64,000 bases of DNA, taken from positions 26,064 to 90,063 of the forward strand of contig CACDFC010000001.1 of assembly GCA_902552035.1 (NCBI GenBank). The letters run 5' to 3'. Positions 41,045 to 51,092 of the stretch are shown here, one piece after another. Made by a program: the position numbers and the translations under genes. Numbering within the stretch: the stretch's first letter is position 1; every line of letters begins with the position of its first letter. The stretch comes from an uncultured Pelagibacteraceae bacterium (GTDB lineage: Bacteria > Pseudomonadota > Alphaproteobacteria > Pelagibacterales > Pelagibacteraceae). The notes beneath the pieces are model-generated. The model was not told the origin of the DNA. It saw only the letters and a list, made by a program, of their open reading frames with translations, and made no database searches.

Positions 41045-42400
41045 ATGTCAACAGAAATATTAATAATAGACGATAACTCCGATATCAGATTAATTCTTAA
41101 CGAATTAATTCAGGATGCAGGATATAATACAAGATTAGCTGCAAATTATAATCAGGCATTGACAGAAATTGATAAAAAACTTCCGGATGTTGCAATTATT
41201 GATGTTAAGCTTGATAAAGGTGATAACGATGGAATTGAATTATTAAACCATATTAAAAAAAAAAACAAAGATATTCCCGTAATAATAATTTCAGGTCACG
41301 CTAATATTGAGATGGCTGTAAATTCATTGAAGTCAGGTGCTTTTGAATTCATTCAAAAACCATTTGATAAAAATAGATTATTAAATTTTATAAATAGAGC
41401 TGTCGAAAATTTTAATCTAAAAAATGAGAACAAAAAATTACATTCTAAATTATTTCATTCCTACGATTTAATTGGTAAAAGTGCAAATATTACAAAAATC
41501 AAAGAGCAAATTGAAAAACTTTCACTATCAGACAGTAGAATATTTATTACTGGTCCCACAGGATCTGGAAAGGAATTAGTAGCACGGAAAGTTCACAAGG
41601 AATCTGCAAGGAAAAAAGCACCATTTATAATTTTAAATGGAGCTCTTCTAGATTTAAAAAAATATGAAGTTGAATTATTTGGAGAAGAAAAAAAAGACGG
41701 TTCAATTCTATATGGAGCATTAGAAAAAGCATCAGGTGGTGTTTTACTTATTGATGAAGTAACAGAAATACCTCTAGAAACACAGTCTAAAATATTAAGA
41801 GTGGTCATTGATCAAAAATTTAGAAGACACAATAGTAATCACGATATCAAGGTTGATGTAAGAATTTTTTGTTCCACAAGCAAAGATATAAAAAGTGAAA
41901 TTTCAAATGGAAATTTTAGAGAAGATCTATTTCATAGACTAAATGTTTTTAATATTAATATTGAGCCTCTAAATAAAAGAGTTGAAGATATACCCCTATT
42001 AGTAGATTATTTTTCAAAAAAGATTTGTGAAATATACAATTTTAAAAATTTTGAAATTTCAGATAATAATTATTTAATCAATTATAACTGGCCTGGGAAT
42101 GTTAGAGAATTAAGAAATTTAATAGAAAGAATAGCAATTCTTTCTCCTGGAAATGATAATAATAAAATCACTGATATTATTAAAGAATCTTTATCAAAAA
42201 ATGTTGAAGATAACTTTTCAGTTAATGATACTTTATCGATACCGCTTAAAGAAGCACGAGAAACCTTTGAAAAAGAATATTTGACCACTCAATTAAAAAA
42301 ATTTGGTGGTAATATTTCAAAAACGGCAAAATTTGTTGGCATGGAAAGGTCTGCATTACACAGAAAATTAAAAATGCTAGGTGTTAAAGAGTTAAACTAA
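41045..42400 (+). CDS. ntrX: Response regulator NtrX (REC-AAA+-HTH)
   Basis: IIISGHANIEMAV, GPTGSGKELVAR, no GAFTGA, GMERSALHRKLK. Confidence 0.95.
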   Translation: MSTEILIIDDNSDIRLILNELIQDAGYNTRLAANYNQALTEIDKKLPDVAIIDVKLDKGDNDGIELLNHIKKKNKDIPVIIISGHANIEMAVNSLKSGAFEFIQKPFDKNRLLNFINRAVENFNLKNENKKLHSKLFHSYDLIGKSANITKIKEQIEKLSLSDSRIFITGPTGSGKELVARKVHKESARKKAPFIILNGALLDLKKYEVELFGEEKKDGSILYGALEKASGGVLLIDEVTEIPLETQSKILRVVIDQKFRRHNSNHDIKVDVRIFCSTSKDIKSEISNGNFREDLFHRLNVFNINIEPLNKRVEDIPLLVDYFSKKICEIYNFKNFEISDNNYLINYNWPGNVRELRNLIERIAILSPGNDNNKITDIIKESLSKNVEDNFSVNDTLSIPLKEARETFEKEYLTTQLKKFGGNISKTAKFVGMERSALHRKLKMLGVKELN

Positions 42401-43773
42401 TGAATATAATTATTTGTGGTGCTGGTAGAGTAGGATACACAATATCTAAAATATTAAGTGAACAGAATCATTCAATTACGGTTATAGATCAATCTAGTGA
42501 TGATATTCAAAAAATAAACGAAGATCTTGATGTAAAAGCAATTGTTGGGAAGGCCACATATCCATCAATTTTAGAAAAAGCCGATGCTAGTAATGCTGAC
42601 ATGATAATAGCAGTTACAAGAAATGATGAAATTAACATGTTAATTTGTCAAATTGCATACACAGTTTTTAATATTCAAAAAAAAATTGCGAGAATTAGGT
42701 CTCAAGATTATTTAAATCCTAAATTTTCAAAGGTTTATAACAAGGAAAATTTACCTATAGATGTTATAATTTCTCCTGAACTTGAAATTGCAAGGTCTAT
42801 TCAAAGAAAATTAGAAGCCCCCGGAACATTAGATAACGTGCCTTTTGCTGAAAATAAAATTAGATTAATTGAGATAATTGTTAACGAAAAGTGCCCAATT
42901 GCAAACATTAAATTAAATGAACTTACAAAAAAATTTCCAAAACTAAATGCCAACATTTTAGGTGTTATTAGAGAGGACAAATTTATTATTCTTAAAAAAA
43001 ATGACGTGATGATTAAAAACGATAAAGCATACGTTATAATTAATTCATTGCATATTGCACAAACATTAGAGGCTTTTGGGCATAAAGAAAAAATATCAAA
43101 TAAGCTCCTGATTATAGGAGGTGGCAATATAGGTTTCAATCTTGCAAAAAATCTTGAGCAAGAGTTTGAAGAAGCAAGAATTAAAATAATAGAAAAAGAT
43201 AAAATTAGAGCAGAATATATAGCTAATGAATTAAATAACACTATAGTTATTAATGGAGATGGTCTAGATGAGGATGTTTTAAATGAAGCGAATATTGAAG
43301 ATGTTGAGACAGTATTAGCTTTAACTAATGACGATGAGGACAATTTGATGGCTAGTGTATTAGTAGAAAAATTTTCTAAGGATAAAAAAACAATGGCATT
43401 AATAAATAAACCTAATTACTCTTTGTTACAATCGTCGTTGAAAATCGATGATCTTATTGATCCAAGAATGCATACAGTTTCCAGTATACTTAAACACGTA
43501 CACAAGGGAACAATTGAAAATGTTTATAGTATTCTGAATGGAGATTTTGAAGTAATAGAAGCAGATGTTATAGAAACGTCTGAGTTAATTAACAAGGAGT
43601 TAAAAAATTCAGATTTACCGGAAGAAATTAGAATTGGTGCTGTTTTAAGAAATAATGAAATTATAATTCCTAGATCAAATTTTATATTCAAAAAAGATGA
43701 CAAAATAGTTTTTTTAGCAAAAAAAGATCAATTGGAAACTGTTGAAAATTTATTTAGAATTAGCTCATTCTAA
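42400..43773 (+). CDS. trkA: Trk potassium uptake regulatory subunit TrkA
   Basis: Two RCK domains with GAGRVG and GGGNIG. Confidence 0.96.
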   Translation: MNIIICGAGRVGYTISKILSEQNHSITVIDQSSDDIQKINEDLDVKAIVGKATYPSILEKADASNADMIIAVTRNDEINMLICQIAYTVFNIQKKIARIRSQDYLNPKFSKVYNKENLPIDVIISPELEIARSIQRKLEAPGTLDNVPFAENKIRLIEIIVNEKCPIANIKLNELTKKFPKLNANILGVIREDKFIILKKNDVMIKNDKAYVIINSLHIAQTLEAFGHKEKISNKLLIIGGGNIGFNLAKNLEQEFEEARIKIIEKDKIRAEYIANELNNTIVINGDGLDEDVLNEANIEDVETVLALTNDDEDNLMASVLVEKFSKDKKTMALINKPNYSLLQSSLKIDDLIDPRMHTVSSILKHVHKGTIENVYSILNGDFEVIEADVIETSELINKELKNSDLPEEIRIGAVLRNNEIIIPRSNFIFKKDDKIVFLAKKDQLETVENLFRISSF

Positions 43774-43777
43774 ATTA

Positions 43778-45184
43778 ATGAAAAATATATCAATTATTTA
43801 TATCGGATCTTTTTGTCTAATTTTAAGTTTACTATCGTTTTTTAATATTATTTATTCATATTATTTCAATTTATATTTAAATATAGACGCATATATATAC
43901 ACACTTTTTATCTCACTTTTTATAGGCTGCATCATTTTATTTAAAAAAAAAAATGAATTCAAAATATCAATATACCATAAAATTATAACAGTATTATTAG
44001 GATATTTATTTCTACCAATTTTAATTGCGCTTCCATATTACTTAAGTATCTATAATATTTCATTTCTTGATTGTTATTTTGAAGCAATTTCAGGTTTTAC
44101 TTCTACAGGCTTTAGCATTTTTAATAATATAAAACATTTAGATCAAAGCTTAATAATTTGGAGATCAACTTCTCAATGGGTTGGAGGTATTTATTTTTTA
44201 TTTTCAATAATTTTGCTGATAGATATATTCGATACAACAATAAAAAAATCTTTTACAGAATTTATCTCATTTAACTTTCTAGAAACACTTAAACAGTACT
44301 TTAAAATTTTGATTATTTATACATTATTAACTTTACTAATTTTTATAATTTTGAGTTTGATTAATTTAAGAGTTTTCGACTCTTTCAATTTGTCTTTATC
44401 TATTATATCTTCTGGCGGGTTTCTGCCTGTCGATCAGCTAGATAGTTTATTCGATACTGATTTAAAAAGGCTTTTTTTCGCACTTTCTATGCTAATTTCT
44501 TTTTTTAGTTTATTTCTTTTATTTAACCTTTTTTTTCTGAAGTTTAAAAAACCAAAATTTTTTATTGAAGATTTTTACCTAATGGTTTTTCTTACTTTTT
44601 TAATAATCATTTTTTTCGTTTTTCTAAATTATAACAGAAATTTCATAATCACGCTTACTTCAATAGTTACAAGTATATCAAATATTGGATTTTCTTTTCA
44701 AACAGATAATTCAAACTTAAATTTTATTTATATAATTTTAGTAATAATTGGGGGATCACTTTTTTCTACCAGTTCAGGATTGCGTTTTTTTAAGGTATAT
44801 AATTTAATTAAATTTTCACTAAATGATTTATTATCACATAGTAAACCAAATCATATATATACAAACAAAATTATTTTTAGTGATAATTTTATTGATCAAT
44901 CAGAGATTAATAAATATTTTTTGTCAGTAATCATCTTTTTATTATCATTAACATTAGTATGCTCACTCCTAACAATTTTAGATATTAATTTTGAAACTGC
45001 ATTCAAATTAAGTATTCTAACTTTAATGAATACAGTGAACTCTAGCGCTTATGGATTGCAGGATTTTAATTTTTATACTCTAGGCTTTTATTCTAAGATT
45101 GTTTTGATTTTTTTTATGATTATAGGCAGGGTTGAATTAATTACTTTGTTAATTTTATTAAAAAAATTTCTTTTCAAAAATTAA
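43778..45184 (+). CDS. trkH: TrkH-family cation transporter membrane subunit (divergent)
   Basis: FEAISGFTSTGFS, WRSTSQWVGG, ISSGGF and MIIGRVE motifs; follows trkA; ATG at 43778 preferred. Confidence 0.88.
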   Translation: MKNISIIYIGSFCLILSLLSFFNIIYSYYFNLYLNIDAYIYTLFISLFIGCIILFKKKNEFKISIYHKIITVLLGYLFLPILIALPYYLSIYNISFLDCYFEAISGFTSTGFSIFNNIKHLDQSLIIWRSTSQWVGGIYFLFSIILLIDIFDTTIKKSFTEFISFNFLETLKQYFKILIIYTLLTLLIFIILSLINLRVFDSFNLSLSIISSGGFLPVDQLDSLFDTDLKRLFFALSMLISFFSLFLLFNLFFLKFKKPKFFIEDFYLMVFLTFLIIIFFVFLNYNRNFIITLTSIVTSISNIGFSFQTDNSNLNFIYIILVIIGGSLFSTSSGLRFFKVYNLIKFSLNDLLSHSKPNHIYTNKIIFSDNFIDQSEINKYFLSVIIFLLSLTLVCSLLTILDINFETAFKLSILTLMNTVNSSAYGLQDFNFYTLGFYSKIVLIFFMIIGRVELITLLILLKKFLFKN

Positions 45185-45208
45185 ATTAGTATTATAAATC
45201 AATGCTGG

Positions 45209-45285
45209 GCGCCCTTAGCTCAGCTGGATAGAGCAACGGTTTTCTAAACCGTGGGTCGGAGGTTCGAATCCTTCAGGGCGCGCCA
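45209..45285 (+). tRNA. tRNA-Arg(UCU)
   Basis: Acceptor GCGCCCT/AGGGCGC, anticodon arm ACGGT-TTTCTAA-ACCGT, T-arm GGTTCGAATCC, encoded CCA; 77 nt. Confidence 0.97.
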
Positions 45286-45287
45286 AA

Positions 45288-46232
45288 TTATCTTAGGTAT
45301 TTTTTATAGGATTCTAATGAATTTAAAAGGGAATATCTTGGTTTCCATTTAAATATTTTATTTACTTTTTTTATATTAGCTTTTGTTATCATTACTTCCT
45401 TACGGTTAATTTTAATATAATTAAGTTTAATATTTAAATTGAATTTTTTTTTGCATGTGTAAATAATTTTATTGATATTTATACTTTTTCCCGAACCTAC
45501 ATTTAAAATAATATTTTTAATATTCATCTTACTCAAATTTTTATTGATTTTTTTTATCAAAATTAATAAATCTTTTATGTCAAGAAAATCCCTACTTGGA
45601 TAAATTGTTCGATTATTCAAACGCTTATATCTTATTATTAATTTATCTTTTTTTTTATTAAATAAATTAGTTATTAATCTTTGATGGTGAATATTAATTT
45701 TATTAGTTACAAAAAATTTGTCTGTTAATCCTATAATATTAAATAATCGTAAAATTATAACTTTATTAAAATTTTTTTTTAATAAATATTTTTCAATTTT
45801 TAATTTTGTTTTTCCATAAATATTTTTGGGTTTTTTTTTGCTTTTTTCAAAATAAGTTTTGTTACTATCTGAATACACATTTGAAGATGACATGAAAATG
45901 AAATTACTTACTAATTTTTTTTTACATAAATCAATAAATTGTTTTGTATTTTTATAGTTATTCTGGAAATATTGTTTTTTTTTTATTTCTCCTTCAAGAA
46001 CATAAGATGATGCAGCACAGTGCAATATTGTTTCAATTTTGTATTTATCTATGATTTTATTTATTTTTTTTAAATTATTAAAATCAGACCTAATAAATTT
46101 TTTTTTATTTGCTATATTTTTTGTTGTAGAGTGGCGAAAATCATCTATCCCAATGTATTTAATACCATTATTATCAAAATATTTTGAAATTTGTGATCCT
46201 ATATATCCAGCACTTCCAGTAACTAAAATCAT
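45288..46232 (-). CDS. NAD-dependent sugar epimerase/dehydratase (GalE-like extended SDR)
   Basis: VTGSAGYIG, SSSNVY, YGKTK, LRLFN and RDFLDI motifs. Confidence 0.88.
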   Translation of the reverse strand: MILVTGSAGYIGSQISKYFDNNGIKYIGIDDFRHSTTKNIANKKKFIRSDFNNLKKINKIIDKYKIETILHCAASSYVLEGEIKKKQYFQNNYKNTKQFIDLCKKKLVSNFIFMSSSNVYSDSNKTYFEKSKKKPKNIYGKTKLKIEKYLLKKNFNKVIILRLFNIIGLTDKFFVTNKINIHHQRLITNLFNKKKDKLIIRYKRLNNRTIYPSRDFLDIKDLLILIKKINKNLSKMNIKNIILNVGSGKSININKIIYTCKKKFNLNIKLNYIKINRKEVMITKANIKKVNKIFKWKPRYSLLNSLESYKKYLR

Positions 46233-46282
46233 TGATTATTTATTACATATTTGTAAATGTTAACTCTGTCAAAAAAAAAATA

Positions 46283-47413
46283 ATGCAAAATTTAATTTAT
46301 TGGTCACCATTTTTAGGAAATGTAGGTACAGTTAAATCAACACTAAATTCTGCTTTAGCATTTAAAAAATTTTCAAAAAATAAATATAATGTTAAGATTA
46401 TTAATGTTTTCGGTGAGTGGAATAACTATAAAAATATTTTAAAAAAATCAAATATAGAATTAATTAATTTAACTTTTACCTATATAAATTTTCTTCCGAA
46501 AGATGGTTTTATAAAAAGTAGAATTTCATATACTTTGATATTTTTAATTTCCTTTTTCCCATTATTAAGATTGCTTAAAAAAGAAAATAATTCAATATTT
46601 ATTGCACATTTAATAACCTCATTACCTCTGTTTATAAACTCCATCTTTAAAATTAATTCAAAAATTATTTTACGCATATCTGGTTATCCAAAACTGCATT
46701 TTGTTAGAAAAAAATTTTGGCAATTAACAACAAAAAAAGTTTTTTCTGTTACTTGTCCTACTGAAGAATTAATGAAGAAACTTCAAGAATTTAAAATTTT
46801 AGTACATCCAAGAATTAAATTCTTGCCTGACGCAATTATTGATATAAATGATTTTTTAATACAAAAAAATGAGAAAATTGATTTACCAACAAAAAAGAAA
46901 TTTTTATTATCCGTTGGTCGTCTCACAAAGCAAAAAAATTATAGTTATTTACTAGATGAAATAAAAAATTTTCTTAAATCAAATAACGATTATGATTTAA
47001 TTATTTTAGGTGACGGTGAAGATAGGGAAATGATAAAAAAAAAAATCAAAGATTTAAATATGAATGATAGAATTTATATCCTTGGTCATAAAAATAATCC
47101 CTATTCATATATGATTAATGCCTCTGCTTTAATATTATCTTCGTTATGGGAAGAAGTAGGTTTTGTCATAGTAGAGGCTGCATTATCAAATTTATTAGTA
47201 TTCTCATCAAATTGTCCAAATGGACCTAAAGAATTTTTGGAAAATGGTAGAGCAGGATTTTTATTCAATACAAATGAAAAAAATGCTCTTAAAAATGAAA
47301 TTCATAAAATATCCTCTGATAATTTCAAAAAGAAAATTTTTGCAAAAAAAAATTGTCTTAAATATACAAAACTTAGGCACTTCAGAGTTTTTAGTAGCAT
47401 TTTAACAGTTTAA
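46283..47413 (+). CDS. GT4-family glycosyltransferase
   Basis: SVGRLTKQKN, ILGDGE, E-x7-E motif (WEEVGFVIVEAA), SNCPNGPKE; ATG at 46283 preferred over TTG at 46232. Confidence 0.9.
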   Translation: MQNLIYWSPFLGNVGTVKSTLNSALAFKKFSKNKYNVKIINVFGEWNNYKNILKKSNIELINLTFTYINFLPKDGFIKSRISYTLIFLISFFPLLRLLKKENNSIFIAHLITSLPLFINSIFKINSKIILRISGYPKLHFVRKKFWQLTTKKVFSVTCPTEELMKKLQEFKILVHPRIKFLPDAIIDINDFLIQKNEKIDLPTKKKFLLSVGRLTKQKNYSYLLDEIKNFLKSNNDYDLIILGDGEDREMIKKKIKDLNMNDRIYILGHKNNPYSYMINASALILSSLWEEVGFVIVEAALSNLLVFSSNCPNGPKEFLENGRAGFLFNTNEKNALKNEIHKISSDNFKKKIFAKKNCLKYTKLRHFRVFSSILTV

Positions 47414-47526
47414 AAATTCTATATTAACTTAGTTAATACTGTTAAGTATTAAATTCACTAAAAAAACCTCATAAACACTAATAAATTTATTATTGATGAT
47501 CCTTATATATCGTGATTAACTTATAT

Positions 47527-47565
47527 TAATTCAAAAGAAATTTTGAATTATTTGTTAACAAATAA
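47527..47565 (+). promoter_or_regulatory. Hairpin plus perfect palindrome in the aapJ leader
   Basis: TAATTCAAAA-GAAA-TTTTGAATTA (47527-47550) overlapping the 18-bp palindrome TTATTTGTTAACAAATAA (47548-47565). Confidence 0.55.
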
Positions 47566-47586
47566 ACTTAATAACAAGAGGAATAT

Positions 47587-48627
47587 ATGTTTAAAGTTAT
47601 GAAAAGATTGACTTCTTTAGTTGCTATACTTGCTGTTACATTTACTTTTACAGCAGAAACTATGGCTGCAAAGAAATCAAAAACACTTAAAAACACTCAG
47701 AAAAAAGGTTTTGTGAGATGTGGAGTTTCACAAGGTCTTCCGGGTTTTTCAAATGCAGACGCATCTGGAAACTGGACTGGTGTAGATGTAGATGTATGTA
47801 GAGCTGTAGCTGCTGCCGTATTAGGAGATGCAAATAAAGTGAAATTTACACCGTTAAGTGCAAAAGAAAGATTTACTGCACTTACATCAGGTGAAATCGA
47901 CATACTTTCAAGAAACACTACTTGGACTTTATCTAGAGACGCTGACATAGGTCTTACTTTCGTAGGAGTTAATTTTTACGATGGTCAGGGATTTATGGTA
48001 AGAAAAAGTTCAGGAATAACATCAACTAGTCAATTCAAAGACGGAATATCAGCTTGTACAAACTTAGGTACAACTACTGAATTAAATATGAGAGACTTCT
48101 TTAATTCAAAAGGAATTTCTTATACTCCAGTAACATTTGAAAAAGCTGACGAAGTTGTTGCTGCTTATGATGCAGGAAGATGCGATACTTACACAACTGA
48201 TAAATCTGGTTTAGCTGCTCAAAGAATTAAATTGAGCTCACCAGATGATCACGTAGTTTTACCTGAAACGATTTCAAAGGAACCTTTAGGTCCTGTTGTA
48301 CGTCAAGGTGATGCTGTGTGGGAAGATATCGTAAGATGGTCTTTAAACACTATGATCGAAGCCGAGGAGTATGGAATTACTTCTGCAAATGCTGACTCAA
48401 TGAAAACTTCAGATAATCCAGCTATTAAAAGATTAGTTGGTGCTGAAGGTGAAATGGGTGCTGCTTTTGGTTTAGATAATGAGTGGAACTTACGAATTAT
48501 CAAACAAGTTGGAAATTATGGTGAAAGCTATAAAAGAAATATAGCAGACACTGGTATTTTACCAGATAGAGGTCCAAATGAACTATGGACTAAAGGTGGT
48601 ATATTATACGTTCCACCATCAAGATAA
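47587..48627 (+). CDS. aapJ: General L-amino-acid ABC transporter substrate-binding protein (AapJ/YhdW/BztA)
   Basis: Signal peptide; CGVSQGLPGFS, RNTTWT, YDGQGF, ISKEPLGP, VGNYGE; GAGGA RBS. Confidence 0.95.
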   Translation: MFKVMKRLTSLVAILAVTFTFTAETMAAKKSKTLKNTQKKGFVRCGVSQGLPGFSNADASGNWTGVDVDVCRAVAAAVLGDANKVKFTPLSAKERFTALTSGEIDILSRNTTWTLSRDADIGLTFVGVNFYDGQGFMVRKSSGITSTSQFKDGISACTNLGTTTELNMRDFFNSKGISYTPVTFEKADEVVAAYDAGRCDTYTTDKSGLAAQRIKLSSPDDHVVLPETISKEPLGPVVRQGDAVWEDIVRWSLNTMIEAEEYGITSANADSMKTSDNPAIKRLVGAEGEMGAAFGLDNEWNLRIIKQVGNYGESYKRNIADTGILPDRGPNELWTKGGILYVPPSR

Positions 48628-48646
48628 TTTAATAGTTATTATTGAT

Positions 48647-48679
48647 AAAAAGGGCTAGATTTATCTAGCCCTTTTTTTT
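48647..48679 (+). terminator. Intrinsic terminator/stabilising hairpin between aapJ and aapQ
   Basis: AAAAA-GGGCTAGA-TTTA-TCTAGCCC-TTTTTTTT. Confidence 0.88.
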
Positions 48680-48691
48680 ATGATTAATTAA

Positions 48692-49843
48692 ATGAATAAT
48701 AAAATTAAAAGATTTTTACCTCAAATTTTAACTTTACTATTTGTTATATTAATTTTCGGTTTTCTTACTTTCAATGCCCAAATTAATATGGATAATAGGG
48801 GCATAGATTTTGGTTTTGGTTTTTTAAAACAAGAAGCATCTTTTGATATCCAATTTAGTCTCGTTGAGTATGACGGGTTAGACCCATACTGGTGGGCTTA
48901 TGTTGCAGCACTTTTAAATACCTTATTAGTTGCAGCGTTAGGAATAATATTTTGTACTATATTAGGAGTTATAGTTGGTGTTGCAAGGTTATCTCCAAAC
49001 TATCTTATTAGAAATGCTGCTGCGTGGTATGTAGAATTTTTTAGAAATATCCCATTACTTTTACAAATTTTCTTTTGGTATTATGCTGCTTTAAGAGCAT
49101 TACCTTTACCACAAGACGCTGAACCTCTTTTGGGTGTTTCATATATGACAATTAAAGGTTTTTATATTCCTGCAATGGTCTGGGGTAACTTGAATATATT
49201 TTTATATTCATTGTTATGTGCAATTATTGGAATATTTGTCGTAAGGATTTATGCAAAAAGATTACAAGAAAATGAAGGAAAGCAATTGCCAGTTTTTTTC
49301 ATATCAATCGGATTAATTACAATTTTACCTTTTTTATCATTTTTACTAGGTGGTGTAACGCTAGATTTTGATTTACCTGTTTTAAAAGAACTATCAGCAA
49401 CATCATTTACATATGAAGGTGGTATTGGACTTCCACCAGAACTAATCGCTCTAACTTTGGCACTGTCTCTTTATACTGCAACATTTGTTGCTGAATGTGT
49501 AAGAGCAGGTATACAAGGTATAAGCAAAGGACAGAAAGAGGCAGCAGCCTCAATCGGTCTTACTCCAAACCAAATTTTAAAATTGGTAGTTATGCCGCAA
49601 GCTTTAAGAATTATTATACCTCCAACTACAAACCAATATTTAAATTTAACTAAAAATTCCTCATTAGCAGCTGCTATTGCATATCCTGATTTAGTACTTG
49701 TTTTTGCCGGAACTGCTTTAATGCAAACAGGAAAAGCTATTGAGATAGTTTCAATAACTATGCTTACTTATTTAACATTGAGCTTAGCTATAGCTGCATT
49801 AATGAATTGGTATAATAAAAGAATTGAAATTAAAGAAAAATAG
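48692..49843 (+). CDS. aapQ: Amino-acid ABC transporter permease
   Basis: FRNIPLLLQ, AECVRAGI, PQALRIIIPP and LTKNSSLA motifs. Confidence 0.93.
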   Translation: MNNKIKRFLPQILTLLFVILIFGFLTFNAQINMDNRGIDFGFGFLKQEASFDIQFSLVEYDGLDPYWWAYVAALLNTLLVAALGIIFCTILGVIVGVARLSPNYLIRNAAAWYVEFFRNIPLLLQIFFWYYAALRALPLPQDAEPLLGVSYMTIKGFYIPAMVWGNLNIFLYSLLCAIIGIFVVRIYAKRLQENEGKQLPVFFISIGLITILPFLSFLLGGVTLDFDLPVLKELSATSFTYEGGIGLPPELIALTLALSLYTATFVAECVRAGIQGISKGQKEAAASIGLTPNQILKLVVMPQALRIIIPPTTNQYLNLTKNSSLAAAIAYPDLVLVFAGTALMQTGKAIEIVSITMLTYLTLSLAIAALMNWYNKRIEIKEK

Positions 49844-49845
49844 CC

Positions 49846-51090
49846 ATGACTCAAAAATTAAAAACAAATATATATTTAGGCTCAATATTAATTTTTATTA
49901 GTATAATTGATGTCTCTTTAAATTCTTTTTATAAAATAAATTTTACAAATTTTTTACCTGATACGATTAGCTTTCTTTTACCATTAATTTTAGGTACAAT
50001 AGGTCTTTATTTAATCAGATATGATTATACAGGTATTAAAAGATTAGATAGTTTAAATAAAAATGTTAACACTTCAAACTTTAACGCACTATTAACTCTT
50101 CTAATAATATTTATAATAATAAAATCAATACCACCATCAATGAGCTGGATGATTTTAGATGCTAATATTTCAGGAGACAGTAGAGATGCTTGCACAGGAA
50201 CAGGGGCTTGCTGGACTTATATTAAAGTTTGGTTCAAACGATTTATGTATGGGATGTATCCAAATGAATTACATTGGAGAATAAATATTGCTTTTATTCT
50301 TGTAATTGCATTAGGCCTAATTGGTTTAATTAAGACAGAAAAACTGAAAAAATATTTGCCTCTTTACTATGTTGTTATTTACCCAATAATAGCTTTTTTA
50401 ATAATATATTATTTAATATCTGGTGGAGCTTTTGGTTTAGAATGGGTTGAAACAGGTGCATGGGGCGGACTATCACTTACTTTTATAGTTTCTTTTTTCT
50501 GCTTAATATTTTGCTTTCCACTAGGAATGATTTTAGCTTTAGGGAGAAGATCAACTTTACCAGTAATTAGATATATTTCGATTGGATATATTGAATTTTG
50601 GAGAGGTGTACCTCTTATTACAGTTTTATTTATGTCATCGGTAATGTTTCCAATGTTTTTGCCTGAAGATTTTTTTATGGATAAATTAGTTAGAGTGATT
50701 ATTGCAATAACTTTATTCGAAGCAGCTTATTGTGCAGAGGTAATAAGAGGTGGTTTACAATCTTTACCTAGAGGTCAATATGATGCCGCTAAATCATTAG
50801 GAATGGGATATTGGAAAATGCAAACATTTGTAATTTTGCCTCAAGCACTAAAACTTGTAATTCCAGGTATTGCGAATACTTTTCTAGCTTTAGTTAAAGA
50901 TACACCATTAATATTCGTTGTTGGTCTTGCTGAACTAGCTGGAATGTTAGCATTAGCTAAAACTAACCCAGAATGGCTTGGATTTGCTATGGAAGGATAT
51001 ATATTTGCTTCTATAATTTTTTGGATAATTTGTTATGCTATGAGTAAATATAGTTATAATCTTGAGGCTAAATATAAAACAGAAAGATAA
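49846..51090 (+). CDS. aapM: Amino-acid ABC transporter permease
   Basis: [30 protein letters not shown] and KDTPL motifs. Confidence 0.93.
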   Translation: MTQKLKTNIYLGSILIFISIIDVSLNSFYKINFTNFLPDTISFLLPLILGTIGLYLIRYDYTGIKRLDSLNKNVNTSNFNALLTLLIIFIIIKSIPPSMSWMILDANISGDSRDACTGTGACWTYIKVWFKRFMYGMYPNELHWRINIAFILVIALGLIGLIKTEKLKKYLPLYYVVIYPIIAFLIIYYLISGGAFGLEWVETGAWGGLSLTFIVSFFCLIFCFPLGMILALGRRSTLPVIRYISIGYIEFWRGVPLITVLFMSSVMFPMFLPEDFFMDKLVRVIIAITLFEAAYCAEVIRGGLQSLPRGQYDAAKSLGMGYWKMQTFVILPQALKLVIPGIANTFLALVKDTPLIFVVGLAELAGMLALAKTNPEWLGFAMEGYIFASIIFWIICYAMSKYSYNLEAKYKTER

Positions 51091-51092
51091 AA

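Noticed and set aside
42801-43343. 180-aa minus-strand ORF inside trkA, and similar antisense ORFs (27927-28415, 56330-56647, 62035-62391, 20163-20480 and others)
   Set aside because: They lie wholly or largely opposite well-supported genes and have the Ser/Phe/Ile/Leu-rich composition expected of antisense shadows, with no motifs.
45209-47586. Integrative element or prophage remnant at tRNA-Arg
   Set aside because: No integrase, and no repeat of the tRNA 3' end (AGGGCGCGCCA) was found downstream by eye; reported only as a possible islet.
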